DNA from: Alphaproteobacteria bacterium
Lineage (GTDB): Bacteria; Pseudomonadota; Alphaproteobacteria; CAAGCB01; CAG-977
DNA: 64,000 nt
NCBI GenBank assembly: GCA_017480385.1
Contig: JAFVAT010000007.1
Coordinates: 26,334-90,333 of the forward strand
Reading direction: 5' to 3'
Made by a program: the position numbers and the translations under genes. Shown piece after piece: positions 27,379 to 36,305 of the stretch; the stretch's first letter is position 1, and every line of letters begins with the position of its first letter. Below the pieces are notes generated by a model. It saw only the letters and a program-made list of their open reading frames with translations. It was not told where the DNA came from and did not search any database.

Positions 27379-27879
27379 TTAATCGGCCAGCTGAAGAATG
27401 CCACACAATTTAACGGTAGCTTCCTGCGTATTGATTTTTTCCAAAGCAGCCAATTCATTCGCCAGACGATCCAACGCTTGTTCATAAATCTGACGTTCGC
27501 TGTAAGATTGATCCGACTGTGATTGAGAACGATATAAATCGCGTACCACTTCGGCTATTGAAATCGGATCTCCCGAATTAATTTTCGCTTCATATTCTTG
27601 TGCGCGACGGCTCCACATTGTGCGTTTTGCCTTCGATTTTCCGCGCAATGTTTCCAAAGCCGTATCCATAATATTCTTGTTGGAAAGCTTTCTTAAGCCT
27701 GAATTTTTCGCTTTTGTCATCGGAACACGCAATGTCATGCGGTCCTTGTCAAAATGAACAGCAATCAATTCTAATTCCTGTCCTGCAACGGTGTCTTTTG
27801 TAATGCTCAAAACTTTGCCGACGCCATGAGTCGGATAGACAACAAAATCACCGGTCGAAAAAGAAACTTCTTTCACCAT
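27379..27879 (-). CDS. carD: CarD/CdnL family RNA polymerase-binding regulator
   Basis: FSTGDFVVYPTHGVG, LRVPM, WSRRAQEYEAKINSGD, SYSERQIYE. Confidence 0.95.
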   Translation of the reverse strand: MVKEVSFSTGDFVVYPTHGVGKVLSITKDTVAGQELELIAVHFDKDRMTLRVPMTKAKNSGLRKLSNKNIMDTALETLRGKSKAKRTMWSRRAQEYEAKINSGDPISIAEVVRDLYRSQSQSDQSYSERQIYEQALDRLANELAALEKINTQEATVKLCGILQLAD

Positions 27880-28086
27880 TTCGCATATCCTGTGTGTCAA
27901 ACGTTCACGTCCGGTCATATAACACAACTTCCGCCTTTCTGCTTAAAATTATGCCTTTATGCCAGACGCCAAAAAAGGAAGCCGCTTGCTGCATTTTAAC
28001 ACTCAACACAGTCCTAACTTCAGCCCCCTGTAAGAGATTAATGTATCATAAAATACGGATCAGGGGTAGCATTTAGTTATAAAAAT

Positions 28087-28102
28087 TTAACAAACCATTA
28101 AC
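28087..28102 (+). promoter_or_regulatory. CtrA-binding box TTAA-N7-TTAAC
   Basis: TTAACAAACCATTAAC is an exact consensus, in the intergenic region about 208 bp upstream of carD. Confidence 0.6.
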
Positions 28103-28135
28103 AATTCAATCACTTTTTTGAAAAAAAGTCTGATA

Positions 28136-28591
28136 TTAAGAGGACGGCAAATTATCCGGAATCAAGCGCGTTTCCTGACCATATAAGACAAAAACCCGTT
28201 GTCCGACGGCGAGTCGGTTCTTCATACCCTGAATAACCGTTATCATATTTCCGTCTGCCAAACGCACAATATATTGCAGCGCTTTTTGTTCACTCAGCTC
28301 TTTTTCCGTTACACCCCCGATAAACGCGCCCAACAATGCACCGCCGACAGAGGCCAGCACACTGCCCGCCCCCCGTCCGATCGTTGAGGCCGCGACCCCT
28401 CCGGCCACTCCGCCGGTTAAAGTCCCTGCCCGGGAATTTCCTTGAATTTGTATGGAACGAACGTCAATGATAACGCCTTGGCCAACTCGATTTGCCTCGC
28501 CGACAGAAGACATTTGATAAGAATCATCGCTGATATCGCGTGCGCACGAAAACAAGAAAAAACAGAAAAGAAAAAGAACGGAAAATTTCAT
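28136..28591 (-). CDS. Outer-membrane lipoprotein with glycine-zipper 2TM (SlyB/Pcp family)
   Basis: Lipobox LFSC; glycine zipper GGVAGGVAASTIG.G.G..LASVGGALLGAFIG; YIVRL..G..ITVIQ. Confidence 0.88.
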   Translation of the reverse strand: MKFSVLFLFCFFLFSCARDISDDSYQMSSVGEANRVGQGVIIDVRSIQIQGNSRAGTLTGGVAGGVAASTIGRGAGSVLASVGGALLGAFIGGVTEKELSEQKALQYIVRLADGNMITVIQGMKNRLAVGQRVFVLYGQETRLIPDNLPSS

Positions 28592-28628
28592 CAGCCGCCT
28601 CCTTTTTCTTTCATCTTAGACGTTTTTC

Positions 28629-28664
28629 GAAAAAAAACACCCTGACTATAGGCAGATAGTCAAA
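28629..28664 (-). terminator. Terminator-like hairpin upstream of the slyB-like gene
   Basis: Minus strand TGACTAT-CTGCCT-ATAGTCA followed by GGGTG and T8. Confidence 0.5.
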
Positions 28665-28806
28665 AAGAGGCCAACTGACAAAAACGATTATTCAGCAGGA
28701 AGGGCCCGCATATCCGGCGAATGGTTTTTCCTTCTTCGAAAAACTTTTTTCCATATACCTCTATGCCTTCCCGCCCCGCGTACCGGTACGAAAGTTTCGC
28801 ATTGCA

Positions 28807-28853
28807 AAAACTGCCGCCCGCTTTGTTTCCGGAACAGGCGGCTGAGTTTTTCA
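28807..28853 (-). terminator. Intrinsic terminator of the GDH gene
   Basis: AAAAACTGCCGCCCGC...AGGCGGCTGAGTTTTT hairpin directly after the GDH stop. Confidence 0.7.
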
Positions 28854-28857
28854 TAAT

Positions 28858-31173
28858 TTAAGCAGAGAAATCCGTTTTAAATTGAGTAAATTTCTCGTCC
28901 TTATAGCCTTCCCAGCTTTTAATTTCATGAACGATGCCGTTTTCCATGCCATTACGCAGAACCGTCAGCGTCATGTTTTCTATTTCAGCAACTAAGCGGC
29001 GAAGCATATCGGCTTGTTTTTCCGCCGGCATAACACCGTCCTGCGCTTCAATTAAACCGAACAAAGCCTCCGTATCATATGCCGCAGCCACAACCAGATA
29101 GGCTTTAACAATATCAACGACAGAGGCGCTGCTTTCCGTACGCATTTTACCAATAAAGTTCACGCCGACACGATTAATTAAGTTATTAACTATCATTGTA
29201 GCGCTGATTTCACGGCGCAAAGAATGCTTGGCAATATATTCCGGCCAATTTTTCCGCAAAGCTTCCGGGAAATAAAAGGGCAGCCATTTTTCCTGAACAT
29301 ATGGATCGTCCGGCAAATCGCTGTTTAAAACGCCGTCATATAAATACAGTTTCGCATATGCCATTAAAACAGCCAAAGCAGGACGCGTCAGTCCCAACCC
29401 CTGATTAAATCCGGCGTCCATTTCCGCATCTGTCGGCAAAGATTCCAAAGCACGGTTTAATCTGTCCTCCTTTTCCAAGGCATGGATCAGCTTTTTATTG
29501 CCGGGAATACTTTTTGCGCCGCGGTGCTGCATATAAGACAATACCTGCGTTTGCAAATAATTATCCCGCAGAACCAAGGAAGCGACTTCATCTTGCATGG
29601 ATTTCAGCAGCGCGTTGCGTTCCTCCATTGTCATTTTTTTATCAGCCACAATGGAATTCAGCATAATTTTAATGTTGACTTCATGGTCGGAACAGTCCAC
29701 GCCGCCTGAATTATCAACAGCGTCCGTGTTTAACCGACCGCCCCGCAAAGCATATTCAACGCGCGCCTTTTGCGTCAGTCCCAAATTAGCCCCTTCGGCA
29801 ATGACTTTTGCCCGAATTTGAGGCGCATCAATCCGGCAGGCCGCATTTGCACTGTCCTTCGCGTCCATTTGCGTTTCGATTGAGGATTTCACATAAGTGC
29901 CAATACCGCCGAAATACAGTAAATCAACCGGCGCGGCCAGGATTGCTTTTATCAGTTCGTCCGGCGCCAATACAGTTTGAGACACACCCAACACGGCACA
30001 GGCTTCTTTTGAAATGGTAATCATCGGCTCTTTACGGCTGTATATCCCTCCGCCGGCAGATAAAACAGAACGGTCATAATCCGCCCAGCCGGCTTCGGCT
30101 TTAAACAAGCGCTGCCGTTCTTTAAAAGAAGCCGCAGGATCCGGATTCGGGTCAATAAAAATAGAAGACGAGTTAAACGCTGCTATCAGTTTACTGTGTT
30201 CGGAACATAACAAAGCGTTGCCAAAAACGTCCCCGGCCATACTGCCAACGCCGACCATTGTAAAGTCCTGTGTTTGGCAGTCGCGCCCCATTTCACGGAA
30301 ATGCCGCTTGACGCTTTCCCAAGACCCTTTGGCCGTAATCGCCATTCCTTTATGACTGAAGCCCGTTGATCCGCCGGAAGCAAAAGCGTCGCCCAGCCAA
30401 AAACCGTATTCGGCAGAAAGCGCGTTGGCAATATTGGAAAAACCGGCCGTTCCTTTATCCGCCGCAACGACAAGGTACGGATCGTCATCATCATAGCGGA
30501 CAACATCTTTCGGCGGCACGATTTTGCCGTCAACAATGTTATCCGTAATGTCCAGCAATCCGCGCATCATCGTTTTGTAGGCATTAACGGCATATTCCTG
30601 AATTTCTTCCTTTTCTTTGGGAGGATTTTTCGGGAAAAAGCCGCCTTTGGAACCAACCGGCACAATGACGACATTTTTGACCTGCTGCGTTTTCACCAAG
30701 CTTAAAATTTCCGTTCTGAAATCCTCTTTTCTGTTTGACCACCGGATCCCGCCGCGCGCGATTTTGCCAAAACGCAAATGAACGGCGTCCACATGTTCGG
30801 AAAAAACGAAAATTTCAGCCATTGGCTTAGGCTTAGGCAAATGATGAATTTCTGAGGAATTCATTTTAAAGGAGACATAATCCTTCTCACCTTGATAAAA
30901 ATTTGTACGGGTCATGGCTTTTAAAACGGAAAACACAGCCTTCAGCGCCGTATTTTTTGGAATTTTAGCCATGATTTCATTTTCCAAAGCCGTATGGGAA
31001 GCCTTTCCCGCCTGAGCCGGATTGAATTTTAAATCGAAATAACGCAAAAACTTTTCTGCAAAATCAGGGTGATCCTGATAAGCCTGCAGAACCGCCCGCT
31101 TTGTGGCAATTGTTGTTTGACGGACATAAGAAGCGAAAGCGCTGAGCAAAAATTCTTGACGTGGTGAAAACAT
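28858..31173 (-). CDS. NAD-specific glutamate dehydrogenase, large (Bac_GDH) family, shortened form
   Basis: VHLRFGKIARGGIRWS, VKNVVIVPVGSKGGF, DDDPYLVVAADKGTA, DAFASGGS, EGANLG, NTDAVDNSGGVDCSDHEVNIKI. Only 771 aa. Confidence 0.92.
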   Translation of the reverse strand: MFSPRQEFLLSAFASYVRQTTIATKRAVLQAYQDHPDFAEKFLRYFDLKFNPAQAGKASHTALENEIMAKIPKNTALKAVFSVLKAMTRTNFYQGEKDYVSFKMNSSEIHHLPKPKPMAEIFVFSEHVDAVHLRFGKIARGGIRWSNRKEDFRTEILSLVKTQQVKNVVIVPVGSKGGFFPKNPPKEKEEIQEYAVNAYKTMMRGLLDITDNIVDGKIVPPKDVVRYDDDDPYLVVAADKGTAGFSNIANALSAEYGFWLGDAFASGGSTGFSHKGMAITAKGSWESVKRHFREMGRDCQTQDFTMVGVGSMAGDVFGNALLCSEHSKLIAAFNSSSIFIDPNPDPAASFKERQRLFKAEAGWADYDRSVLSAGGGIYSRKEPMITISKEACAVLGVSQTVLAPDELIKAILAAPVDLLYFGGIGTYVKSSIETQMDAKDSANAACRIDAPQIRAKVIAEGANLGLTQKARVEYALRGGRLNTDAVDNSGGVDCSDHEVNIKIMLNSIVADKKMTMEERNALLKSMQDEVASLVLRDNYLQTQVLSYMQHRGAKSIPGNKKLIHALEKEDRLNRALESLPTDAEMDAGFNQGLGLTRPALAVLMAYAKLYLYDGVLNSDLPDDPYVQEKWLPFYFPEALRKNWPEYIAKHSLRREISATMIVNNLINRVGVNFIGKMRTESSASVVDIVKAYLVVAAAYDTEALFGLIEAQDGVMPAEKQADMLRRLVAEIENMTLTVLRNGMENGIVHEIKSWEGYKDEKFTQFKTDFSA

Positions 31174-31318
31174 ATATAAACTCTCTAATTATTTAAAACA
31201 AATTTTTAACAGAATATACTTGCGATTCAGAAACAACAAGCTTTTTTCAGAGTGTTAAAAATTCTTTTCTTTTCCCGACAAAACAGATACAAAGGAAGCG
31301 TTCAGAAAAGGATCAAAA

Positions 31319-32131
31319 ATGACTGTCCGTTTTTTTTCACGGTTAAAAAAATACATTACTTTTTTTATTAAGTACTTGTTTTTTATGTTTAATTTGGCTT
31401 TATTGGCCGGATTGAGCATCAAGACCGTAAATTTATGGATCGCAGATCCCTTCAATTTTTCCGACACATTGTCCGCTTTTCCGGAAGAACCCGAATTTTT
31501 AAACAAATATTCCGCTGAAAATCAATTTTGGATAGCCCTGTGCATTGAAACAGTTCTGTTCATCATCGGCGGCTTTTTGTGTTATGAGCTGTTAATCAAA
31601 CAAAAGACTTTCCGGCGCAGTCTGATCGCCCCTATCGCTGTTGTTTTTTTATGGACCGCGGGCGAAAGTATCCAGCTGTTTTTGCCGGCAACGGAAAAAG
31701 CTCAGCAAATCAACACGTGCAAAGCAATGGGCATTTCTTGGGATATTAAAAACCATAAATGTCATTTAATGGATTTGGAACTGAAACGTTTTGAGCAGTT
31801 AAAAACCGCCAAAAAACGTCAGACGACACGTGTTAAACCGTCAGTTCCTGCCGCGGTGCCGGCTCAAATCGGAACGAAGGCGGTTCAGTCCAAAAAAGAA
31901 ACGGCCAAATCTGTAGCCCCCATTCAGCCAAAACAAACGATACCTTCCACCCAAACGGCTGTAAAACCTGCGGTTCAGCCAAAAATAACACCGGCAAAAG
32001 TTCCTTCAAAGCCGAAGCCTTCAACGGTTCAATCCAAAAAAACACCAGCGGTTCAACCTAAAAAAACAAAAATAGCGCCAATTCCTAAAAACGAACCGCC
32101 CCAAAAAGGTTCACCCAAAAGAGCGACATAG
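31319..32131 (+). CDS. Hypothetical membrane protein with Pro/Lys/Gln-rich repetitive tail
   Basis: Three TM segments, CK.MG..W..K..KC motif, and repeated (A/T)VQ(P/S)KK units. Confidence 0.7.
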   Translation: MTVRFFSRLKKYITFFIKYLFFMFNLALLAGLSIKTVNLWIADPFNFSDTLSAFPEEPEFLNKYSAENQFWIALCIETVLFIIGGFLCYELLIKQKTFRRSLIAPIAVVFLWTAGESIQLFLPATEKAQQINTCKAMGISWDIKNHKCHLMDLELKRFEQLKTAKKRQTTRVKPSVPAAVPAQIGTKAVQSKKETAKSVAPIQPKQTIPSTQTAVKPAVQPKITPAKVPSKPKPSTVQSKKTPAVQPKKTKIAPIPKNEPPQKGSPKRAT

Positions 32132-32201
32132 CTTTCCTTGTTTTCCTTTTATCCTTTTTTTGAACATGTTATGATTTAAAAAAATAAAAAAGGAAACTTT
32201 T

Positions 32202-33041
32202 ATGGCTGCATTCATTAATCAACATTTGTCTCTTATCCTGCCGATTTTGTATAAAATCTTGTTGACAGGAGGGATATTATTCGCCTCCTCAGTCATAGCC
32301 CGTTTCATCGCCTTGTCTTTGGACAAGGGTATTCATAAAATAAAAAATATCGATGATACTTTTCTGCCCGTTGCAACCTTAATTATCCAATATGGCATTT
32401 ACGGGATCGGCGCTTTATTTATCCTTAATCTGTTCGGTATTAACACGGCCAGCATTGTCACGTTGATAGGCGTCGGCGGATTATCTATCGGTTTTGCGCT
32501 AAAAGATGCGATTTCCAACATGGCTTCCGGACTGATGCTTTTATTTTTGCGCCCGTTCAGAAACGGAGATGCCGTCGAAATCGGCGGAACTGTCGGCACC
32601 ATTAAGGCAATCGGATTATTTACAACGCGTCTGCAAACTTTTTCAGGCGTTTATGTCTGCATGCCGAACAACTTGTTCTGGACAACGGCAATTATTAACT
32701 ATTCCCGTAACAAAAAACGGCGCATTGAAGCCAAAATCAGTTTATCTTACTTTGATTCATTGGAAACCGCTGTCAACAGCTTAAAACAAATCATCAAGGA
32801 AGAACCACGCTTTTTAGAAGATCCCGCACCGCAAATTCTGGTCAAACAGCTGAACTTTTCCGCGGTGCAGCTGGAGCTGCGCGGCTGGGTCAAAACATCG
32901 GAATTTTGGGACGTGCAATGGCACATTAACGAACAAATCAAGAGATGCGTCGAAACAGGCATTTTAAAACCGCCGCTGCTGCGCAATGAAATTTATGTCA
33001 AAGAAACAACAAAAAATGAAACCGGATTATCGAACCTCTAA
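32202..33041 (+). CDS. Small-conductance mechanosensitive channel (MscS family)
   Basis: GLSIGFALKD.ISNMASG...L..RPFR.GD.VEIGG..GT; INYSR; LNFSAV. Confidence 0.93.
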   Translation: MAAFINQHLSLILPILYKILLTGGILFASSVIARFIALSLDKGIHKIKNIDDTFLPVATLIIQYGIYGIGALFILNLFGINTASIVTLIGVGGLSIGFALKDAISNMASGLMLLFLRPFRNGDAVEIGGTVGTIKAIGLFTTRLQTFSGVYVCMPNNLFWTTAIINYSRNKKRRIEAKISLSYFDSLETAVNSLKQIIKEEPRFLEDPAPQILVKQLNFSAVQLELRGWVKTSEFWDVQWHINEQIKRCVETGILKPPLLRNEIYVKETTKNETGLSNL

Positions 33042-33669
33042 CGCATTTTTTGTATCTTCTGTCGGTCGGCGGCTGCAAAAGCAAATTAAATCCGCTCTGG
33101 CCGAGGAAGATTTGCAACGCCAGTCTGCTGTCCTGATCGGTTCGATTTTTCCTTTTTTGGCTGTTTTTGAACAAAACAATCCTGACATCGTTTTGGAAAA
33201 AGAACAGATTGTCGCTGATGATCTTGTATCGCCCTTATTGCCGGTTCACAGCGTTAACATAACATTTATTGCCGCTTTAAATGAATCTGTTGCGGAAAAT
33301 CTGCCGACTTTGATCAAAGAAACAAGCCGGTTCTTAAAACCGCATGGAAGGTTGTTTCTTCTTTTTAAAAACAAAAGAAAGCCCTGCTTTCTTTCAATTA
33401 ACGAAATGCCGGATCTTTCATTTTCTTTCCTTTCAAAAGAATTAGAAGAAGCTGGATTTTCTTTGCAAAAGAGAAAAGGATTACTCCATTTCCCTTATGC
33501 TTCAAAGATGTTCGGTGCCGCTGATCAATTCTTGTTTTCACATTTAACGAGCGGAGGACACTTTACGCTGTTTATCGCACAAAAAAATCCCACCGTTCTG
33601 TCCGCAGCGGAAAATTACAGCTCCGTCCGCATCACAAAGGCGTCCGTTTTAACGTCGCCGCGCACATAA
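33016..33669 (+). CDS. Divergent class I SAM methyltransferase-like protein
   Basis: LP..SV, LIKETSRFLKPHGRLFLL..N motif of Methyltransf_11; motif I degenerate. Confidence 0.55.
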   Translation: MKPDYRTSNAFFVSSVGRRLQKQIKSALAEEDLQRQSAVLIGSIFPFLAVFEQNNPDIVLEKEQIVADDLVSPLLPVHSVNITFIAALNESVAENLPTLIKETSRFLKPHGRLFLLFKNKRKPCFLSINEMPDLSFSFLSKELEEAGFSLQKRKGLLHFPYASKMFGAADQFLFSHLTSGGHFTLFIAQKNPTVLSAAENYSSVRITKASVLTSPRT

Positions 33670-34058
33670 TAGTTCGGTCGGCGTCCGACCTGCAAAAAGC
33701 CATGGCGCCGATACAAGGCAATAGCGTGTTCGTTATTGACAGCGACTTCCAAAAAAATTTCCTCAATGCCTTTTTGTGTTAAAAGATGAAAAGATTCTTC
33801 CATTAATTCATCGGAAACATGCTTGCCGCGATAGGCCGGCAAAACGCCAAAAGTAATAATATCCGCCTGGTGCGGACTGTACGCATACATCACAATGCCC
33901 GCCGGCGTTTCCCGATCGTACGCTATCAAACCGACGGCCCCCGGCATCAGCAGCATTTGACGCATCATCGATTCATTCCACCCATGATCAAAACAAGCAC
34001 AATGGATGTCCGCATATGTTCGCGCAAAATCAGCGTCTCTGACTTTTATTTCCGACAT
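33615..34058 (-). CDS. rimI: Ribosomal-protein-alanine N-acetyltransferase
   Basis: FLEVAVNN..AIALYRRHGF..VGRRPNYY; follows tsaB. Confidence 0.9.
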   Translation of the reverse strand: MSEIKVRDADFARTYADIHCACFDHGWNESMMRQMLLMPGAVGLIAYDRETPAGIVMYAYSPHQADIITFGVLPAYRGKHVSDELMEESFHLLTQKGIEEIFLEVAVNNEHAIALYRRHGFLQVGRRPNYYVRGDVKTDAFVMRTEL

Positions 34059-34681
34059 AAGGAAACCTCCGCCTCTCGCAAATAAAGCGGTTCCGGATAT
34101 TCTTTTCGAGGGCTTTGTTTTGACGCAAACACAGCAATATCCCCCGCCGTCGGCATAGGCATGTCTATCACAATCCGTTCACCGATTTCTTCAAGCAGAC
34201 GGCCCGCGCCGTTGCCGACAAACACATATCCCTCCAATTCCGCCAGAGTTTGTGCCGACAGTACTGCTGCGGGTGCCGACGGCTGACCGTTTTCAAAACA
34301 CTGCACATAATAATCATCGCGCTTTGTTTCCAAAACAAGGCCGACTTTTTTCAGATCCGGGAATTGTGTAAAAACTTTATCCGCCAAAACGTCCAATACG
34401 GAAACGCCGATCATCGGCAATCCGGCGGCCAAAGCAATCCCATCTGCCGCCGCCAGTCCGACACGGACCCCCGTAAACGATCCCGGTCCCGTTGTAACCG
34501 CGACCGCATCAATCTTATCAAATCCGGCCTGTGCCGCGGCCAAGACCTCCTGCACCATTGGAATCAAACGTTCCGCCTGTCCGCGGTCCATTTCTTCGAT
34601 GATTTCGGAAACAACTTTTGTCCCGTTGAAAAAAGCCGCCGAACAAGCGCCGTGTGTACAATCCATTGCCAAAATATTCAT
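34046..34681 (-). CDS. tsaB: tRNA threonylcarbamoyladenosine biosynthesis protein TsaB
   Basis: ILAMDCT, GQAERLIPM, VTTGPGSFTGVRVGLAAA, PLYLR. Confidence 0.95.
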   Translation of the reverse strand: MNILAMDCTHGACSAAFFNGTKVVSEIIEEMDRGQAERLIPMVQEVLAAAQAGFDKIDAVAVTTGPGSFTGVRVGLAAADGIALAAGLPMIGVSVLDVLADKVFTQFPDLKKVGLVLETKRDDYYVQCFENGQPSAPAAVLSAQTLAELEGYVFVGNGAGRLLEEIGERIVIDMPMPTAGDIAVFASKQSPRKEYPEPLYLREAEVSLCRK

Positions 34682-35511
34682 TTCTGTGCCGCCTTTTCTT
34701 TTAACGCTTCTGTTATTTTTTCCTGCAAAATAGATTGTATCTCAGATTCGTCTGTTTCTTTTCCATTCAGCCAATTCGTCAATTGCGTTTCAAATATTCG
34801 AGCCAAAAACTTTTCATATTCTTCCGCAGAGATATTTTCCTGTTGTTCTTTCGGCAGGAACTGCTTCATATCTTTTGCCACGCTTTTCCCAACAATGGCA
34901 GAAACAGAAGAAATTAATTTCTTTTCACCGTCTTTTGTATCAACCGTTTTATGCTGCATATAGTGCAGCAAACTTTTTTTCCAATCTTGCTCTTCCGCTG
35001 TTTTCGTTTGCTCCGCAGAAGACTCATCGGCTGTTTCTTCCCTTTCTTCTTTTGAAGCTTTGGGATCAGGAAAATCAACATATCTGGAAATACCGGCATG
35101 AGACAGCGTTAAAATCCTGCTGGACCGAATAACATGCGGAGCAAAAAAGCCGAAACCGAAGCAAAGAAGAATCAATAAAACGCCGGCGCGGGCAAATCCG
35201 AAAACGCCGCCTAAAGAACGGTCCAGTTTTTTAAACCGGCTGTTTTTCACTCCCTGTACCAAAGAGGACGTAAATATTTTCAGCGTCAGCCATGCCAAAA
35301 ACGTTCCCAGCAAAACAGCCAGCGCCTTTTGCGTCGGCGCATGCGGAATAAAAGAAAAGGCCGGCTGAAGAACGGGAGCGAAAGAATATCCCAAAACACC
35401 GGAAAAAATGTATACGGCCAAACGCAGGATTTCATTTGCAAAGCCTCGGTTCAAACCAACCAGAACAGACAGTCCGATCACAATTAAAAGGATTAAATCC
35501 GTTTGTTCCAT
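34678..35511 (-). CDS. CvpA (colicin V production) family protein, second copy
   Basis: DLILLIV...S...G..RGF..E and LDRSLGGVFGFARA; long acidic C-terminal extension. Confidence 0.85.
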   Translation of the reverse strand: MEQTDLILLIVIGLSVLVGLNRGFANEILRLAVYIFSGVLGYSFAPVLQPAFSFIPHAPTQKALAVLLGTFLAWLTLKIFTSSLVQGVKNSRFKKLDRSLGGVFGFARAGVLLILLCFGFGFFAPHVIRSSRILTLSHAGISRYVDFPDPKASKEEREETADESSAEQTKTAEEQDWKKSLLHYMQHKTVDTKDGEKKLISSVSAIVGKSVAKDMKQFLPKEQQENISAEEYEKFLARIFETQLTNWLNGKETDESEIQSILQEKITEALKEKAAQK

Positions 35512-35527
35512 GTCTTAATGTCCGACC

Positions 35528-36301
35528 TTAATCAACAGCAGAGTCTGCTTCTTCAATGCTTTCCAAAAACAGCTTATCCAGCTCTTCCCGTTCTTTTTTG
35601 TTATAGCCCTGATTTTCCGGATCGACCGGCTTTTCTTCCACCTGAGGATCGTTCAAGGAATCAAACAAGCTGTTTTCCTTTTCGGGATCTTTCGGTTTTT
35701 CCGGCTGTTCCTTCTTTTTCGCCGCCTTTTTATTTTTCTTTTCAGGCGCTGTGTTCAGCTTTTCAATCAGCTCTTCGATTTCATCTGATTTTTTATCTTC
35801 GCTTTTTTCAGGATTATCAAACAAAGATTCAGGCAAATGCTCTTTAACGCTTTCGGTAATGCGTTCCAAATACGGAAAAGCCCTGCTTTTTTTCTGCATT
35901 TGCTCCAGATTCTTCGGCGCTAACGTCATCACTAAAAAATAAATCAGAACCAAAATAACGATTCCCCGAACAATCCCGAAAATAAATCCCAAGAAATGAT
36001 CCAGCCGGTTCAGAACGCTTTTGCGCACTTTTCCGGTAATTTTAGAACAAATAATCGTTAAAATAACCAACGTTAAAATCGCAACAATGGTCAACGAAAT
36101 CAAGTTGGCAAACAAAGGACGGGACACATATTTTAAAACAAACGGCTCCAGATACGGCATCGCGTAAAAACCGATAATTCCCGCAATGATCCATGATCCG
36201 ATTCCCAGCATTTCGCTGATGAAGCCGCGGAAAAAAGACAATACGGCGGAAGTTAAAAGAACCACCGCAATAAAAACGTCAAGGCCGTAAATACCGTCCA
36301 T
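35528..36301 (-). CDS. cvpA: CvpA family protein
   Basis: LDVFIAVV...S...RGFISE and LDHFLGFIFGIVRG; directly after radA. Confidence 0.88.
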   Translation of the reverse strand: MDGIYGLDVFIAVVLLTSAVLSFFRGFISEMLGIGSWIIAGIIGFYAMPYLEPFVLKYVSRPLFANLISLTIVAILTLVILTIICSKITGKVRKSVLNRLDHFLGFIFGIVRGIVILVLIYFLVMTLAPKNLEQMQKKSRAFPYLERITESVKEHLPESLFDNPEKSEDKKSDEIEELIEKLNTAPEKKNKKAAKKKEQPEKPKDPEKENSLFDSLNDPQVEEKPVDPENQGYNKKEREELDKLFLESIEEADSAVD

Positions 36302-36305
36302 TTTT

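Noticed and set aside
27235-27522. 95-aa plus-strand ORF spanning the IS right end
   Set aside because: Crosses the inverted repeat and runs antisense to carD; an artefact of the junction.
28660-28854. 64-aa minus-strand ORF after gdh
   Set aside because: Starts inside the terminator hairpin, with no RBS or recognisable domain.
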